DNA of 64,000 nt, from the NCBI GenBank assembly GCA_002633005.1, contig NMRA01000076.1:932748-996747 (forward strand). Direction: 5' to 3'. The position numbers and the translations under genes were made by a program. Each line of letters opens with the position of its first letter. Position 1 is the first letter of the stretch. The notes beneath the pieces were generated by a model, which made no database searches, was not told the DNA's origin, and saw nothing but the letters and a program-made list of their open reading frames with translations. This document shows positions 12,310 through 25,200 of this stretch, one piece after another. The stretch is from Phoronis australis. Its lineage: Eukaryota; Animalia; Phoronida.

Positions 12310-13884
12310 ATGAATTCAGAAGTAAATAAACGGAACCTGAAAGGCCGCGCGAAAGAATTCTGCGAGACTACGTCAGCACACGCACTTGGGCAAACTGTTC
12401 GTTCCGGCAAAGTGAAGGCGATATTCTGGTCCCTCGTGTTCCTCGGCTCGTTGGCAGGGTGTGTCTGGAATATCATACACGTTGTGGAGTCGTACGCAAG
12501 TTTTGGATTCAGCGTAAAGTCAAAACTTGAAATGGAACCGTCTTCACTGAAATTTCCAAGTGTAACTATTTGTAACCTGAACCCGATAAGTTTCTCAAGA
12601 CAAGCTAGATTTGCAGGAGACTTTGATAGAAGTACAGGTTTAGATGAAAAAGATTGCGATAATGAGTTTTACAGAAATGAAACTAATCGTCCGCTCGTCT
12701 TGGATTTGTACAGGTGGTCGGAGTTACCCCAGTTTTGGTTTGAATATAACGAAAATGTCACAGACATGTTCGGCCACTCAAAGAAGGACTTTATTGTGGA
12801 TTGTATTTTTTCAAAGAAACTTTGTGAAGACAACTTCTTTGTTACTACAGACCCTAATCTGTACAACTGCTACACACTGGAACCGAATACAAACAACAGC
12901 GACCTTCATGCAGGTGTAGGAATTGAGGCTGGTTTATCATTAACTTTGTTTGTGGAAAATACGCGTGTTCAGAATGCCTATACTGGCAGTTTTTCGATAG
13001 ATTCGTACCAAACAGGAAACGTGGGTGTTAAGGTTGCCATGCACGTGTCAGGTTCGCATCCAAATCCAAACACTCGGGGTGTTATAGCAGAAGTTGGTAA
13101 AAGCACCGACTTTATTCTGCGAACAGTAAATAGGACCGCCTTAGGTCCTCCATATCCGTCGCCCTGTAATCCCAAAAAGACAATTGAATCAAGTCATAGA
13201 CAAGAACTTCAGTATGAAGAAAATTTGTGTTTCGCAAGTTGCTTGCAAAACGCCATCGCTAAAAAATGCGGTTGCGTTTCTATCAACCCTGTTGCTGTCC
13301 CTATAGCAGACAAATTCGGAATCGATCTTCCATTCTGCGGAAGTTACCCGTGTAACGCGACGAAGGTAACGGAAAATTACGAGTGCGTCCATGATGTAAC
13401 AAGCCGCTTCTTACTTAAAAATGACCCCAATTGCCGTAACTGTACCAAGCCTTGTAACGAAGTCAGTTATGAGACTACAAAATTTCAGTCAAAATGGCCG
13501 TCTGAGCTGCACCAGAGTGAATTCATTGGGTGGCTCGCAAACAAGGACAATACAGCACTGTATAACCAGCTGGTCAGAAATACGTCAGACGACAAAATTT
13601 CTCGATTTATAGAAAACAATTTTCTTCGAATCAACATATATTTTGGTGATTTTTATGTGCGTAAAGACACTGAGACTTTGAATATGGACTGGTTTGCCTT
13701 GCTCTCGAGTGTTGGAGGAGCGTTTGGATTCTGGGTAGGAATTTCTGTTGTAACTGGAGTTGAGGTATTGGAGTTACTTCTTGACTGTATTGTCATGTTT
13801 CTGAGTAAGCCCAGTAGAAAACGGAATCAAAATGATTTACGAAATACAACCGGGAACAACGATGTCGAGGTTTATTACAATTGA
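12310..13884 (+). CDS. DEG/ENaC family sodium channel, FaNaC-like, paralog 2 (recent duplicate of paralog 1)
   Basis: Same motifs as paralog 1 and long identical stretches with it. ATG in the same ccggacATGaattc context. A good acceptor (ctgctttttcag, 12231-12242) and an open frame upstream allow an N-terminal extension from an upstream exon. Confidence 0.95.
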   Translation: MNSEVNKRNLKGRAKEFCETTSAHALGQTVRSGKVKAIFWSLVFLGSLAGCVWNIIHVVESYASFGFSVKSKLEMEPSSLKFPSVTICNLNPISFSRQARFAGDFDRSTGLDEKDCDNEFYRNETNRPLVLDLYRWSELPQFWFEYNENVTDMFGHSKKDFIVDCIFSKKLCEDNFFVTTDPNLYNCYTLEPNTNNSDLHAGVGIEAGLSLTLFVENTRVQNAYTGSFSIDSYQTGNVGVKVAMHVSGSHPNPNTRGVIAEVGKSTDFILRTVNRTALGPPYPSPCNPKKTIESSHRQELQYEENLCFASCLQNAIAKKCGCVSINPVAVPIADKFGIDLPFCGSYPCNATKVTENYECVHDVTSRFLLKNDPNCRNCTKPCNEVSYETTKFQSKWPSELHQSEFIGWLANKDNTALYNQLVRNTSDDKISRFIENNFLRINIYFGDFYVRKDTETLNMDWFALLSSVGGAFGFWVGISVVTGVEVLELLLDCIVMFLSKPSRKRNQNDLRNTTGNNDVEVYYN

Positions 13885-14622
13885 TTTACGACAGAAATTA
13901 ATCCTGGATAAAAAGCGACGTCAGCATTTGACCTTGGAACAAGCGCTTTTTATAATATGGTTTTCTGCAATTTTAGATTGTTGTAATATTTGCATCTAGT
14001 TTGTACAGTGGTTAATGTATGCCTTTAGTTTTGACCTTTTCCATTGTGATATCTGCCTTGTTTTAGGGCGGTTGACCGCATTGTTTAATTACTTCTGTGA
14101 TTGATTCTTTTTTATTTTACCGTTGCCATAACAGTCAAATAACTAGTTGAATATCAGCCTGGTTTATATTGAATCGGTGCGTTTTGGTAATTACTGTACG
14201 TTAACATCGTGTAGTTTGGCATACAGCTTAGAATATTGTGATGCGTTATGAAATGTCGTTTAACTTGACACAGTCAATAATCGGTTACGCTAAATGTCGC
14301 CACTGGATTTAGTGACGCGGTCGTAACTTTAGTTTCTATTACTTTTCTAAGGATTTAATTTCCACCGTAAACGTCTACTCTCAGACTACACTTGTTCTCA
14401 ATTACGCCCTACTCAGCGCATTCCATGAACCTTTTCGTCCACTCTTGGCTCCTTTTGCCCGGGATGAATGAAGTTTTGGTATCCAATTCATAGGATGGGT
14501 TCAGGAGCCAGAGTCAAATTTGGGAAATGACGGGAATGGAAGTGCTACGCAAGACCAATGGGATATCTTTGATCTCACGCATCCCCTCACATTATTCCTC
14601 AGAGCATAGAAATCTAGCACTG

Positions 14623-14840
14623 GGGCCCGTTCCAAGAAAATGACTTAAGTTAATTTTTTACTTAATTCTAAGATTTGCCTCAACTTCACTTTGAAACTTC
14701 CACACCCAGTAAGATTGTCAAAATTAAGACAAAACTTAAGTTAAAACCTTGAGCCAAACTCAAGATCTACTTCTTGAAAGGGACTTGAGACGGAAATTTA
14801 AGATTTGTCTCAGCTAAGTCTGTTTTCTTGGAACGGGCCC
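14623..14840. mobile_element. PIF/Harbinger-type MITE (218 bp)
   Basis: Perfect 18-bp TIR GGGCCCGTTCCAAGAAAA/TTTTCTTGGAACGGGCCC; flanks CTG/TTG. Confidence 0.8.
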
Positions 14841-16088
14841 TTGGAATGCCAACTTCAATTTCGCGCTGGTGAGGTTGCACCGCGCATGTGTGGCATTTGT
14901 TTGCATTCGTTTGTTCCGTTGTTGGTTCTTGCTATGGAATTTACTGTCGAAAAACCTTTTTGCCACCCCGCCGTTTTTCAACCGAATTGCACAAGAGTCA
15001 TAGATTTAGAAATCCTTTCATCAGCCCTTCATTATACACCTTTATATAATAATTGTATCTTTGGTGCCGTTGGATACAGTTCTTCAGTAAAAAAATCCGG
15101 ATGCAGTGACATTTTCACAAAATCTTACAAACCAATTACTTCAAATACTTATTCAAAAATCGCAGATAAAGGCTTTCTGATAGATAAAAAACGAGTAAAC
15201 ATCTATTTCATAGCCTTGAAACGTTCTGTGGACAGATCATTACATAGGTTACCATGTAGGATTTTCCATATTAGTTCATAAATAAACTTATTTCTTCAGA
15301 AAGTAAAAATTAATGATCCTGGTACATGCCGCGGCCGGGTGCTTTGCTGCAAACAAAAGACATTGGAACGTATTTTACGATTGTTTTGTTACTAAAGAAA
15401 GTGGACTCGGGAAATAACAATGATAAAGAGTAAACGTTGCATAGTAGTCAGAATTCGAGAATGAAAAAACGAGACATCTGAATTGAAAAGCGAGACTTCC
15501 GCATAAAAAGAGGGACATCTGGGTCTATACCAAAACGCAGTGTTGAAATGTTTGCCGTAACCCACAAAAATGTCCCGACAGCGTTTTACATCGAACGAGA
15601 GGTGTAATACCCAAAAGCGTCCAACAGATTTTTTTTTTAAAGTAGACTGGGTAATTGCGGGTGCCTGAAAAACACATGAAACGTCTCGTTTTCTCTTTTT
15701 AGTCGAACGGGAAATGTCGGATTATGTTGCGCGGAAAATTACAATCGTATATAAGATAATATGTCAAGTTCGCCGTGTGTCAAAAAGCATGACATTTTGA
15801 TGGTGTGCCGGGATATCGGGAAAAATTAAAAAAATGGGATAGTCCGCCAAGAACGGGACAGTAGACAAGCACAATGCATGCTATCAGCAAAACAAAGTGT
15901 TGGATTGGATTCATTTACAAGGTAATCTTTTCCTTTTTAAAATTTTATTTCACGGGTATAGCATAGGTAAATACTACAGATAACATTTACTGTTCTGAAA
16001 AACGACTTAACAAGAAAGTATCTGGGCAACAGGTATACGTTGCACAAATGAATTATTATAGAAACAATTGAAAAGAGTAATAAATTAT

Positions 16089-16112
16089 GCACACACACGC
16101 ACACGCACACGC

Positions 16113-16159
<47 letters not shown>

Positions 16160-16197
16160 CACACATGCACACATGCACACATGCACACACGTGCGCA
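16089..16197. repeat. (CA)n compound microsatellite
   Basis: Directly visible tandem repeat. Confidence 0.95.
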
Positions 16198-17898
16198 CGA
16201 TTTTAGATACGCAAGTACGAGAAGTTTTTTAAAGCTCCGTAAACACACGTGTCAGTAGTGCCTAAACGTTTCACTTATAATTGCAGAACAAACACTCAGA
16301 AACCAAATTTCACTACTCTCCATCAATTACAGTAGACCTAACATGGTTTTAACACCAAAAATATCTTGTTGAAAAGCTCCTAGTATGTAGTTTAATAGGT
16401 TGTTGAAAGTGGTTCTAAGACAGGAAGTGAAAAGATATCAGAAGCCACAATATTCCCGGCATCCAGCCAGAGCCACTGGTCGGTGCACATAAGGAATGAC
16501 CAGTGCATTTGTCGGGTTTGCTGACTAATTTTGCGGGGAGATCGCTGGTTGTCTGCAAACGTGCCTCAAGAGTCTCGTTTGATGAACAAAAAATAACAAA
16601 GTGGAAATGAAGTAATAAAATTATGCTTGCTTTGATAACTACAACACTCGATCAAAACACAGTCGAGCAGCCAGAAATTTACAGTGCCAACTCTCGCGGC
16701 TAGTCTCGGGATCGCAAAATTCTTATAATAGTATACATAGGTCACGTGCGGAAGTTTGAATTCCAGGGCTGGAGTTGAATGCTCGGTGGTGTTTCATCGA
16801 CATGTCTGCGCATTGCCCAATTTTGGTCTTAACAGCCTAGATATTTGACCAAAAGACGATGAAAATCGCGGCTTCACTGAAGTTTTGCCTACCAGATATC
16901 AAAAGTCGTATGCACGTTGTCACAGAGGTATCCCATGGCATTCGATGACATTCTCCATTTTGGTAGTCTACTACTTGTAATGATTGACGTTCGCCGCACT
17001 TGCGGACATATGAAACACGTGACTTCCAGGAGATAAATGTGAGGCTGCGATTATACTATCCGAGGTGTTCTGGATGCAGCGTGGCTGAAAACATTGCTTT
17101 CTGGTAAAATGAATATCGTGAATTTTAAGAATCTATTGATTTTATATTTTAGAAATATACTATAGGGTATTTTTGTAATGGGAATTCTCTTGATATTGTT
17201 ATATTGTTGTAAACTATTCTTTCATTGACCTGACTCATGAACGTGTCGCATAATACTGACCGTCCAATACTCAGTATAGGCACCACAACTAGAGAAAGTC
17301 AAAGACCGTGACTCTTTGCTATGGATTTTTCACGTTGGTTTCTATTTTCGCGCCATCTTTCCAATTAGTTTGTAAATTTAGCAATTGTATGGAAAAGGTT
17401 TTGTAAATCTTAGTCATTTAAACACCTCGGAGATTTTGTTTCAGGTGGGTAAAAAATTCAAACAAAAATTACATTCCTTTTCTATACCTTCCAAATTCCT
17501 TTAATATGCCTATGTTTCTGGAGTGTTTGCGATGTAAATGAAATTATATCTTATCACTTTAATGCATATTATAAGAATAATTTCAGGACAGTAAAAGGTG
17601 GCAAATTCTCGCTTCCTACCCTGCTAAACGGTTTTAAATGCAGCGTTAACTGAAAACAATGTCGTGTTCTACACTTTCTGGGGCAGGGGCTCTTAAATGA
17701 ACAATGAATGGATAAAACGCACTGACACCGCTGGCACTCATTACGAGTGAAGAATATGCACATGGGCTTATGTGGGAAGCATTTCAGCAAAAATCTATTT
17801 GAAAAAAGCACATGGAACAAAATACTGTGACGGTATTGTGAAAAATACTTAATCTTCTTAGTAGACGTGATGCTGATCGGTAGTCTGTATTTAAATCC

Positions 17899-18741
17899 TT
17901 ACGCTGTCTGTGTTTTTCGATATTTGCGCACTTCGTTAGACTTCGCCGCATACACGCTGGAATGTCTCCAATACGTATCAAAGTTGTTTCCTAAGACAGC
18001 AATAGGTAACGCTGTGAACAGCAGACCGCTTACAACACAAAGCGTACCGACAACATATCCACCAGGGGTCACTGGATACATGTCACCGTAACCAACAGTA
18101 GTCATGGTGATAAAAGCCCACCACAATCCGTGAGCTGCACTGGGAAAATAGTCCTCTGTTTTTATTTCTGCAACGTATATCACAGAAGCGAATAAAACAG
18201 TCGCCATTCCCATAAGTGACAGGAGAACAAATATCACAGGCAAACTTGACTTAATTGTCAGAAATAAAACTTGAAAACCGGAAACGTGTAGTCCAAATTT
18301 TATAAGTCGGGAAATAAGTAGTATACGAATGATTGCATCTACAATTAAAATTGCAATCGTATAATTTTCTGATCTTATCACACTAGGGTCAGATGTGAGA
18401 GGGATTAGCCAAACTGTTATCAACACCGAGAATAATACAATATCAATAATGTTGAAAACGGATTTTAAGAATATTCTTTTAAACGGACTAAGAAGAAATC
18501 TTATTACATCATCGGCAGCTATGCAAATCATTCCTATGAAATATGCTAGTGGAATGCCTGGATGAACTGTAGTCGTCAGTTTGTTTCGCAGCTTTGGACC
18601 AGCAAACGAAGTGAAGTTACTAAACATCACAGACGAACCGTTCGCGTTGGTGGGATTCGAAAGACGCAACGAATCAGAGCTCTCCAAAATTTGCACAACG
18701 ACACAAACAAGCGTGGCCAGTAGGTTTATGGACATTGGAAT
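17899..18741 (-). CDS. Shaw/Kv3-like K+ channel A, coding exon 2 (S1-S6 and pore); spliced product about 424 aa
   Basis: Acceptor ttttactttcag|ATT in phase with exon 1. Six hydrophobic segments, pore LWWAFITMTTVGYGDMYP, S6 LPIAVLGNNF. Intron 18742-19750. Confidence 0.92.
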   Translation of the reverse strand: MPMSINLLATLVCVVVQILESSDSLRLSNPTNANGSSVMFSNFTSFAGPKLRNKLTTTVHPGIPLAYFIGMICIAADDVIRFLLSPFKRIFLKSVFNIIDIVLFSVLITVWLIPLTSDPSVIRSENYTIAILIVDAIIRILLISRLIKFGLHVSGFQVLFLTIKSSLPVIFVLLSLMGMATVLFASVIYVAEIKTEDYFPSAAHGLWWAFITMTTVGYGDMYPVTPGGYVVGTLCVVSGLLFTALPIAVLGNNFDTYWRHSSVYAAKSNEVRKYRKTQTA

Positions 18742-19750
18742 CTGAAAGTAAAATAAAGCAATTACGCGCATGCCCAGTTCTCAGTTACGTAATAATGTAG
18801 CACAACCTTTGATTTAATGCCAGAATCTCTATGTAATTGATGTAATTGCCCTCTGCATACTTCTAACACTAAGCCATTCTGCGGTGATAGAATATCGAAT
18901 GTCATATTTTTTACCACACAGCAGGATAAAACAAATGTATGTACAAGGTTTTGAGTCACAAATAAATTTTGTAAATATGAGAAATACAAAATGGAACAAT
19001 TTCACGCTTAGTTAAACAGTTGAAAAACATGATTTCGCAAAAAATATTTTCATTTTTACATATCGAATGTGCAATGGAATTTATACTGCAAGCTAGCGTT
19101 TTTGCTATTGTTTTAGCCAGCATTCCACTCATGGAACGTAATATACGAGTTGCGAGTGGAATGTTACCCTGGAACGCGTTACTGTACTCCGAGGTGGTTA
19201 TTACACGTATGTCAAATTGCCCAGCATTGTTCACACTAACTGCTAAACCCAGTGACACCTCGTTCCTGGAGTAACTTTTTCTATCGTATCTTGTTAAGTG
19301 TGGATGCCAGTTAGGCTGTCAAAAGGACCATTTACTGTTTTCGAAGGAAATTTTCCGCCTATACATAGCCACTTAAAACGGCATGCTGACATCATCCGTC
19401 TTTTATGTGTCGTATCGCCCCAGATCCGCTTATGGTATCTATTACATTAAAGTCTCAAGCGTGGATGTCAATGAGCACTCAGTGGCACCAGCATCTCAGT
19501 TAAGTTTCTGTGTAACCGTACGGTGTAGGCGTAATCATGCATTGAAATTTTAGATCGCTATCGATTTTGTTTGCCGCCACGTGTTTTAACTAAGGCCAAT
19601 GGTACACGACTTGTTCCTGGTGATTTTATAATAGTTATGACGAAAAAAATGCACAATAATATCAGTTAAGTCCAGACACAGCTAGAAAGCATTATATATG
19701 GTACTCGGTGTGAGTTTTTCCAAATGTTTTATTTTTGAAGGGATCGCTAC

Positions 19751-20182
19751 CTTGGCCCAATACGATGACATGGGGTCTTCCAAGAATCTCCACACAGCGA
19801 CACGCGTATGACTGCAGTTGGTAGGCTCAGGATACGTCTTAGAAAACGCAGAAAACTTGTCCAAGATTTTTTCGATGTTATTGAATTCGTCAAAGCGTTC
19901 AACGCAACAAGACTCAACGTTTTTCTCGTCAATTTCCCAGAAGTTCAACTCTTCTTTAAACGCAGCGGGGCACACGTGCAAAGGCACATGAAGAAAGCCA
20001 GTGCGATAAAAATCCAGAATCGTGATGAAAATGTCAGAGTTTCGGTCAAAAAATAATTCACTTGTATCCGTGCTTGGACGTTCCGCAATCAGGCGCGACA
20101 GTTTTGTATTTGGCACTGAAAGTAATGTCTGCCGCGTCGTAGTGAATTGTGTGCCGCCAACATCTAGATGCACTCGACTCAT
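19751..20182 (-). CDS. Shaw/Kv3-like voltage-gated K+ channel A, coding exon 1 (T1/BTB tetramerisation domain)
   Basis: LDVGG...FFDRN...FYRTG-LHVPLHVC...EELNFWEI...ESCC (HX5CX20CC Zn motif of non-Shaker Kv T1). Ends WRFLEDPMSSYWAK at a phase-0 donor AAG|gtagcg (exon ends at 19751; 144 codons). Confidence 0.92.
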
Positions 20183-20379
20183 AGTTATGGCTTGCCACTG
20201 GAGGCCTTTACAAATGCATTAATGCCACCATTCTGTAAGCACAATGAATAAACAGTTTCAGTTGCGGACGCAGGATGCTGTCTAGGGTGGGGGGTCAGAG
20301 AAACGCCAAACATGCAGCAAAGCAACAGTAGCCGAGCAGGTGGCCCTGACTGCCTGGAACCCTTGTTCTGGGTACGCAC

Positions 20380-20654
20380 CTGAGTTATTTAATTGAAAAA
20401 TCCGTGGTATTGACTCGTAATTCATTTCAACTCCCATCACTGCATACTCCTCATAAAGCAGAAGAAAGGTCTAACGTTTAGCCAGGCTTGTATTACAAAC
20501 TGTTTCACAGTGTTTTGACACAAGTGTATCAATTGGTAATGAAGGACAATGGTCAAAACAAAATTAAGCTTGATACAAGGTTGTAGATGGTGCCCCAATA
20601 ATCATGTCACCATTACACACGGTTATGTTTCTAAAAAATGAAGGAAAAACTTAC
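20380..20654 (-). other. Probable 5'-UTR intron of Kv gene A
   Basis: On the minus strand: consensus donor AAG|gtaagt at 20655/20654 and acceptor aataactcag| ending at 20380. Splice-site pattern only. Confidence 0.45.
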
Positions 20655-21638
20655 CTTGGCATTATATGATTCAAACGAGTGCCTGTCGCCACGCCGTTAT
20701 TACTGCGAATGTCTGCACAACACGGATTCTTGCGAAATAGCTACCTGGGAGAGTAGCCAATCTACGTAACAAAAGACTGTGCAAACTGCTTTATAGATTC
20801 TTGAGGCTAGTCAGTAGCCCGCCGGTTAGCACTCGTGTACCGATAAGTGGGTAAGGTTGTTTACACTCTGGGGAAAGTTAAACTTATGTGACGCAATCAC
20901 GTTTGAAAGTGCCATCACAACATATTTCGAAGGGAACTAAGGTATTCATCACAACGAGCAAAGATCACTTTAATTATTAATAATAATTTTTACGAGCTGA
21001 TCATACGTGCGCTTTTTAGTTTGGGCAGGACGATCGAGGCTTCGAGTGAGCTTACCTTCACATAGTGCAGGCACATAAAAAGGGTTTCTCAACAGGAATT
21101 GACTCTAAAGTAAATGCTCCTATAGAGTATGCCCGTTATTCAGCGGAGAAAACTGGTTCTCAAAATGCAGGCACTTTATCTCCGACTATTACCGAAAAAT
21201 CAATACCCAGTACCAGGAAGTTGTGTTTTATTCAACGTAAATTAAAGACTTATAAAACATCATGAATTTTCATTCGTATCCAAAGCATAGCGACTTTTTA
21301 AAGTATTAAAATACGAATTAACTAAGTAAATCCTATAAAGGATATCATTTACATTCGTTACTTTTTATCCTAGTGCAGCCATTGATGCCTTGTCTTGTTC
21401 CACATTGCTATACATTAAAGACTGACATTAATAATCAGATCACACCTTCATATATCAAATGTTACGCACTGTGCAGAAATGAACATCTGAATTTCAAAAA
21501 ACATTCTCTAGATTCAGTGCTGGTATTTGTTTCAATGTAATACCTTTATTGCTATGTCACTGATACGCCTCCATTACTACACGATATGTCAATATATGTA
21601 TTTACGCTGTCTCATCAGAGCAAACATTCCGGCGATTG

Positions 21639-21706
21639 CATGGGCGGCGCACCATAGGGTCTGGGGGGACCGATAGCCCCACTTAGTCAGTGCTGCGCCG
21701 CTCATG
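21639..21706. repeat. Tiny inverted-repeat element (68 bp)
   Basis: CATGGGCGGCGCA / TGCGCCGCTCATG (12/13 match); no TSD seen. Confidence 0.5.
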
Positions 21707-22419
21707 GTCTAAGCTGTTTGTCAGAAGACTACCACCAAGCGTGATACTCATTTTATGGTGCATATCACTGTAAAGATCGATCCGGGCACCAAGAATGCCG
21801 TCTGGGAAACTCACGTGCTGCAGTTATAAGTGTTTTGGCAATGTTTATTGTCGTGAGGTTATTTATGTTTCGCTTACAGTTTGTTAGACTTTTGACGATC
21901 CATCTGACAACCACTGGGCATACCAGCTTGCTAACATAAGTAATTAACGAGCAGGTACCTCTGTAACAGCCTAAGCATATAGTCAGAGAGCCATTTTTCT
22001 TGAGCAAGCTCCTGGAGAAAGCTGTTCGAGAAAAATAGAGGTTACACGACTGTTATAAAAGATTTTCATGTCCCAAAAACTGGGAACGATGCCGTGCTCT
22101 GGGAAATGGTTTCTGCTGACATCAGAAAGCAGGCAACACGTGTCTATTTCAAAACAACGTGTGAGGGTGGAACCAAAAACAAGGACTTTTGGCACACAAT
22201 CAAAAACCCTTCTTGACGGACAAGAGGAGTAATATTATGTTGAAAATTCCAAATTAGATTGTTACTTGTCCGTCTGATGTGTGTACACACTGAATCCTTT
22301 TTGAGTGAGTGTGTTGACCACTAAGTGAACCATCTTAGTATTCAGCTATGAAAACTATAATGAAAAGGGGAAAGTTCTCCTTTAGGCACTCCGACTAAGG
22401 TGGAAATAGTTATTGAATA

Positions 22420-24063
22420 CCTCGATATTAATAAGGTCAGGGCATGGTTTTGAACACATTCCAGCTAAGTTGCTAAAACCAGTTGGTAATTTGTAATCCA
22501 TCATGTAGCTGCTATTTTTAATCAGAGCATTGACACTGGAAAATTTCCGCAAATGGCAAAACTTGCTGAAGTAGCGCAAGTTTTTAAAAAGGCTGACAGG
22601 CTGAAGATGGGAAATTGCAGAATAGTGAGTATACAGTCAGCTCCTTCCAAGATATTTGAAAGACTCAAGTTACTAACGATAAACCCGTTTTCAGGTATTA
22701 TATTGGATCCGCGGATTGCTGCCTATAGGAGCGGATATAGTTTGCCAATCAGTTTTACTACGTATGGTTGAAGATTGGAGGTTGGCTACTGAACAAGATC
22801 AGTGTACTGGAGCTGTGCTCATGGATTTGAGCAAAGCGTTTGAATGCCTCCTGCACCAACTCATGGTACAAAATTGAAAGCGTATGTTGTGAGGGAACAG
22901 GCATGTGCCTTTTCATGGTCCAATCTGCCAAGAAGGAAACAGCGTGTTAAGAACAGTGCAGTGTCTATTGAATGGTTAGAAATAGTCAACAGAGTGCCAC
23001 AGGGATCCACCATGGGTCTAATTCTGCTTAATATTTCTGTGGAGGCACAGTTGCATATTTGTGCTGATGATAACACTCTCTCAGCAAGTGCTCGCACAAG
23101 AGATGATGTCATTGCCATACTGACACCAGAGTCCTTAAAAGCAATTACGTGAATCAATCAAAAATGATATGCGGGAGGCAAATCATTCAAAGTTTCAGTC
23201 TACTTCTCCATGACTCCAGAATTGTTTCAAAAGCTGTTGTCCAAAATTACCATTGAAGTGGACGTTAAATTACTTGGTGTCTTACTCGATGAGGAGCTTA
23301 GTTTTGACAACCATGTCGAAGTTTTATGCCGCAAGGCAGGAACTCAGCTCAACGTATTACAGCGACTGGCTAGGGCCCTCTAAACTTCAGTAGCCGGATG
23401 ATGATTTTTCAATGTTTTGTTGTTTCTCAGTTCCGCTACGGTGCTTTAGTCTAGCATTTTTGTGGCCAAGTCATTCCACTAAAGATTTAACGAGTTCAAT
23501 GTAAGGCCCTGCGATTTGTATTTGATGATTTTTCTAATCATATGAAACACTATTACAGAGAGCTAATCTCACCTACTCTACAGCTTGGTATACAGAGAAT
23601 GATTCTAAAAGAAGTCTTTAAAAGTTTGAACTATTTGTCACTCCCATTTCTATGGGACCTTTTCACAACTCGTAGGACCCCATGAAGTTTGAGATCATCT
23701 AACAGGACAAACATTTCCCAATTCAGAACGACTATGCGATCTTTCTGAACCTCTAGTTCTAATTTGTTGGGCTTTTTATCAGAGGAGGCGAGATCGAGCT
23801 TAGATTTAAAGACATTGTGCTGCATCCGAACACATGGATTGAGCCTACATGCAAGTGCAGTGCCTCTGATTTTCTAATTCAAACATAATCTCTCCTATGG
23901 TGCTAATTGTTAATCTTGCATATAGCATTTTAATATTTGTTTTAATTTCATGTTTATTTGTTTTGTAACTTATATTTATTTGTCAGCATACTAACCTTTG
24001 TCTAATGCTAATGCTTAGGCTTGTGTTACGTTAACCGACTATAAATAAATTTACTTGACTTGA
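22420..24063 (+). mobile_element. Degenerate non-LTR retrotransposon (CR1/L2-like reverse transcriptase), many frameshifts
   Basis: RT motifs across frames: VFKKADRLKMGNCRIVSI...SKIFER, AYRSGYS, LMDLSKAF, RKQRVK, VPQGSTMG, ADDNTL. 3' tail aataaatttacttgacttga. Confidence 0.85.
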
Positions 24064-24399
24064 AAAATAAAACAATCCGATTGGTTGATGCTTAGAGATC
24101 CATTGCTCCATCCATTGACAAAATGCCTTTGTTGCTTGGTTTGGTTGCAAACGTAAGAACAGATTAAATTGATGAATTCCACACAATTCGTTTCTTGTAA
24201 GTATATGCAAGATTACAAGGCGTCAAACAAAACAACAAACCGTTTCGCTATAATTTTCCGGCTCATTCACGACAATCGTTCACATCACCGATACTCAACC
24301 GTGGAATTCTGTTGTTGTTTTATCACGGTTTCGTTCACCAACTTAAATATTTAATTATGTAAAGTAAAAGAAAAACAATTCATGTGTGTTTCCCATGTT

Positions 24400-24429
24400 G
24401 AGAGAGAGAGAGGGAGGGAGGGAGGGAGN

Positions 24430-24479
<50 letters not shown>
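24400..24479. repeat. (GA)n/(GGGA)n microsatellite
   Basis: Directly visible tandem repeat; contains one N. Confidence 0.95.
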
Positions 24480-24481
<2 letters not shown>

Positions 24482-25200
24482 TGTTTATTTGTACATGGAG
24501 CTAAGCTCATTTGTACATATTACATTGCACCATGTGGTATAGGTGGCAATTTCATGTCCGGGTATTCAATACATATATACATATTTACACGTTACAATGT
24601 TAGAGTTTCCTGTCTAATACCATAAGCCTTTAATATAAATAAGGATAGTCTTTTCAAAAGATTTACAGAGTTTGTTTTGAATAAGTAGTAGACGTTTTCG
24701 ATGTCAGTATGTTGTCGGGATATTTCTGGTAAAAAATTCTTTCTAATGTCGTTAAGTGCGGGGCACTTAAGTAATAAGTGTATTTAGTCTTCAATTTCTG
24801 AACGGTTGCAAATTTTGCAAAGTCTATCTTCCTTTGGAATGTCATGGTGCCTACCAGTTTCTATTTTCAGTTGATGTCCAGAGCACCTGAATTTGGTTAG
24901 AATTCTACCTAGAGTTGGTGGTAGACAGAAAAGATATTCTTCACAAGATAAATCTGTTTTGATAATAGAGTAAAATGGGCACTTGCTAGTAACAGCTCTG
25001 CACTGATGTCCTCCATTCTTGGGCAGCACAATCTAACAATCTTTGCTTAAATTCTGATATAAATAAATCAATGTTACCCGGTCCACTTATCCATACCTCC
25101 CTAAACCCGTATCTGAATAAAATATCTTTAACTGCACTGGCCCAATTTGCTCGTCCTCTTTCACAGTCTTCCCGCAGTTAGTAAACGGATCTGTAAGGCA
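24480..25200 (-). mobile_element. LINE 3' fragment (RTE-X-like C-terminus)
   Basis: LTKFRCSGHQLKIETGRHHDIPKEDRLCKICN is a typical LINE ORF2 C-terminal motif. Minus-strand AATAAA at about 24484-24489 abuts the (GA)n tract. Confidence 0.7.

Noticed and set aside
14805-15281. 158-aa ORF
   Set aside because: Starts at a TTG inside a MITE and has no recognisable domain or coding-like composition.
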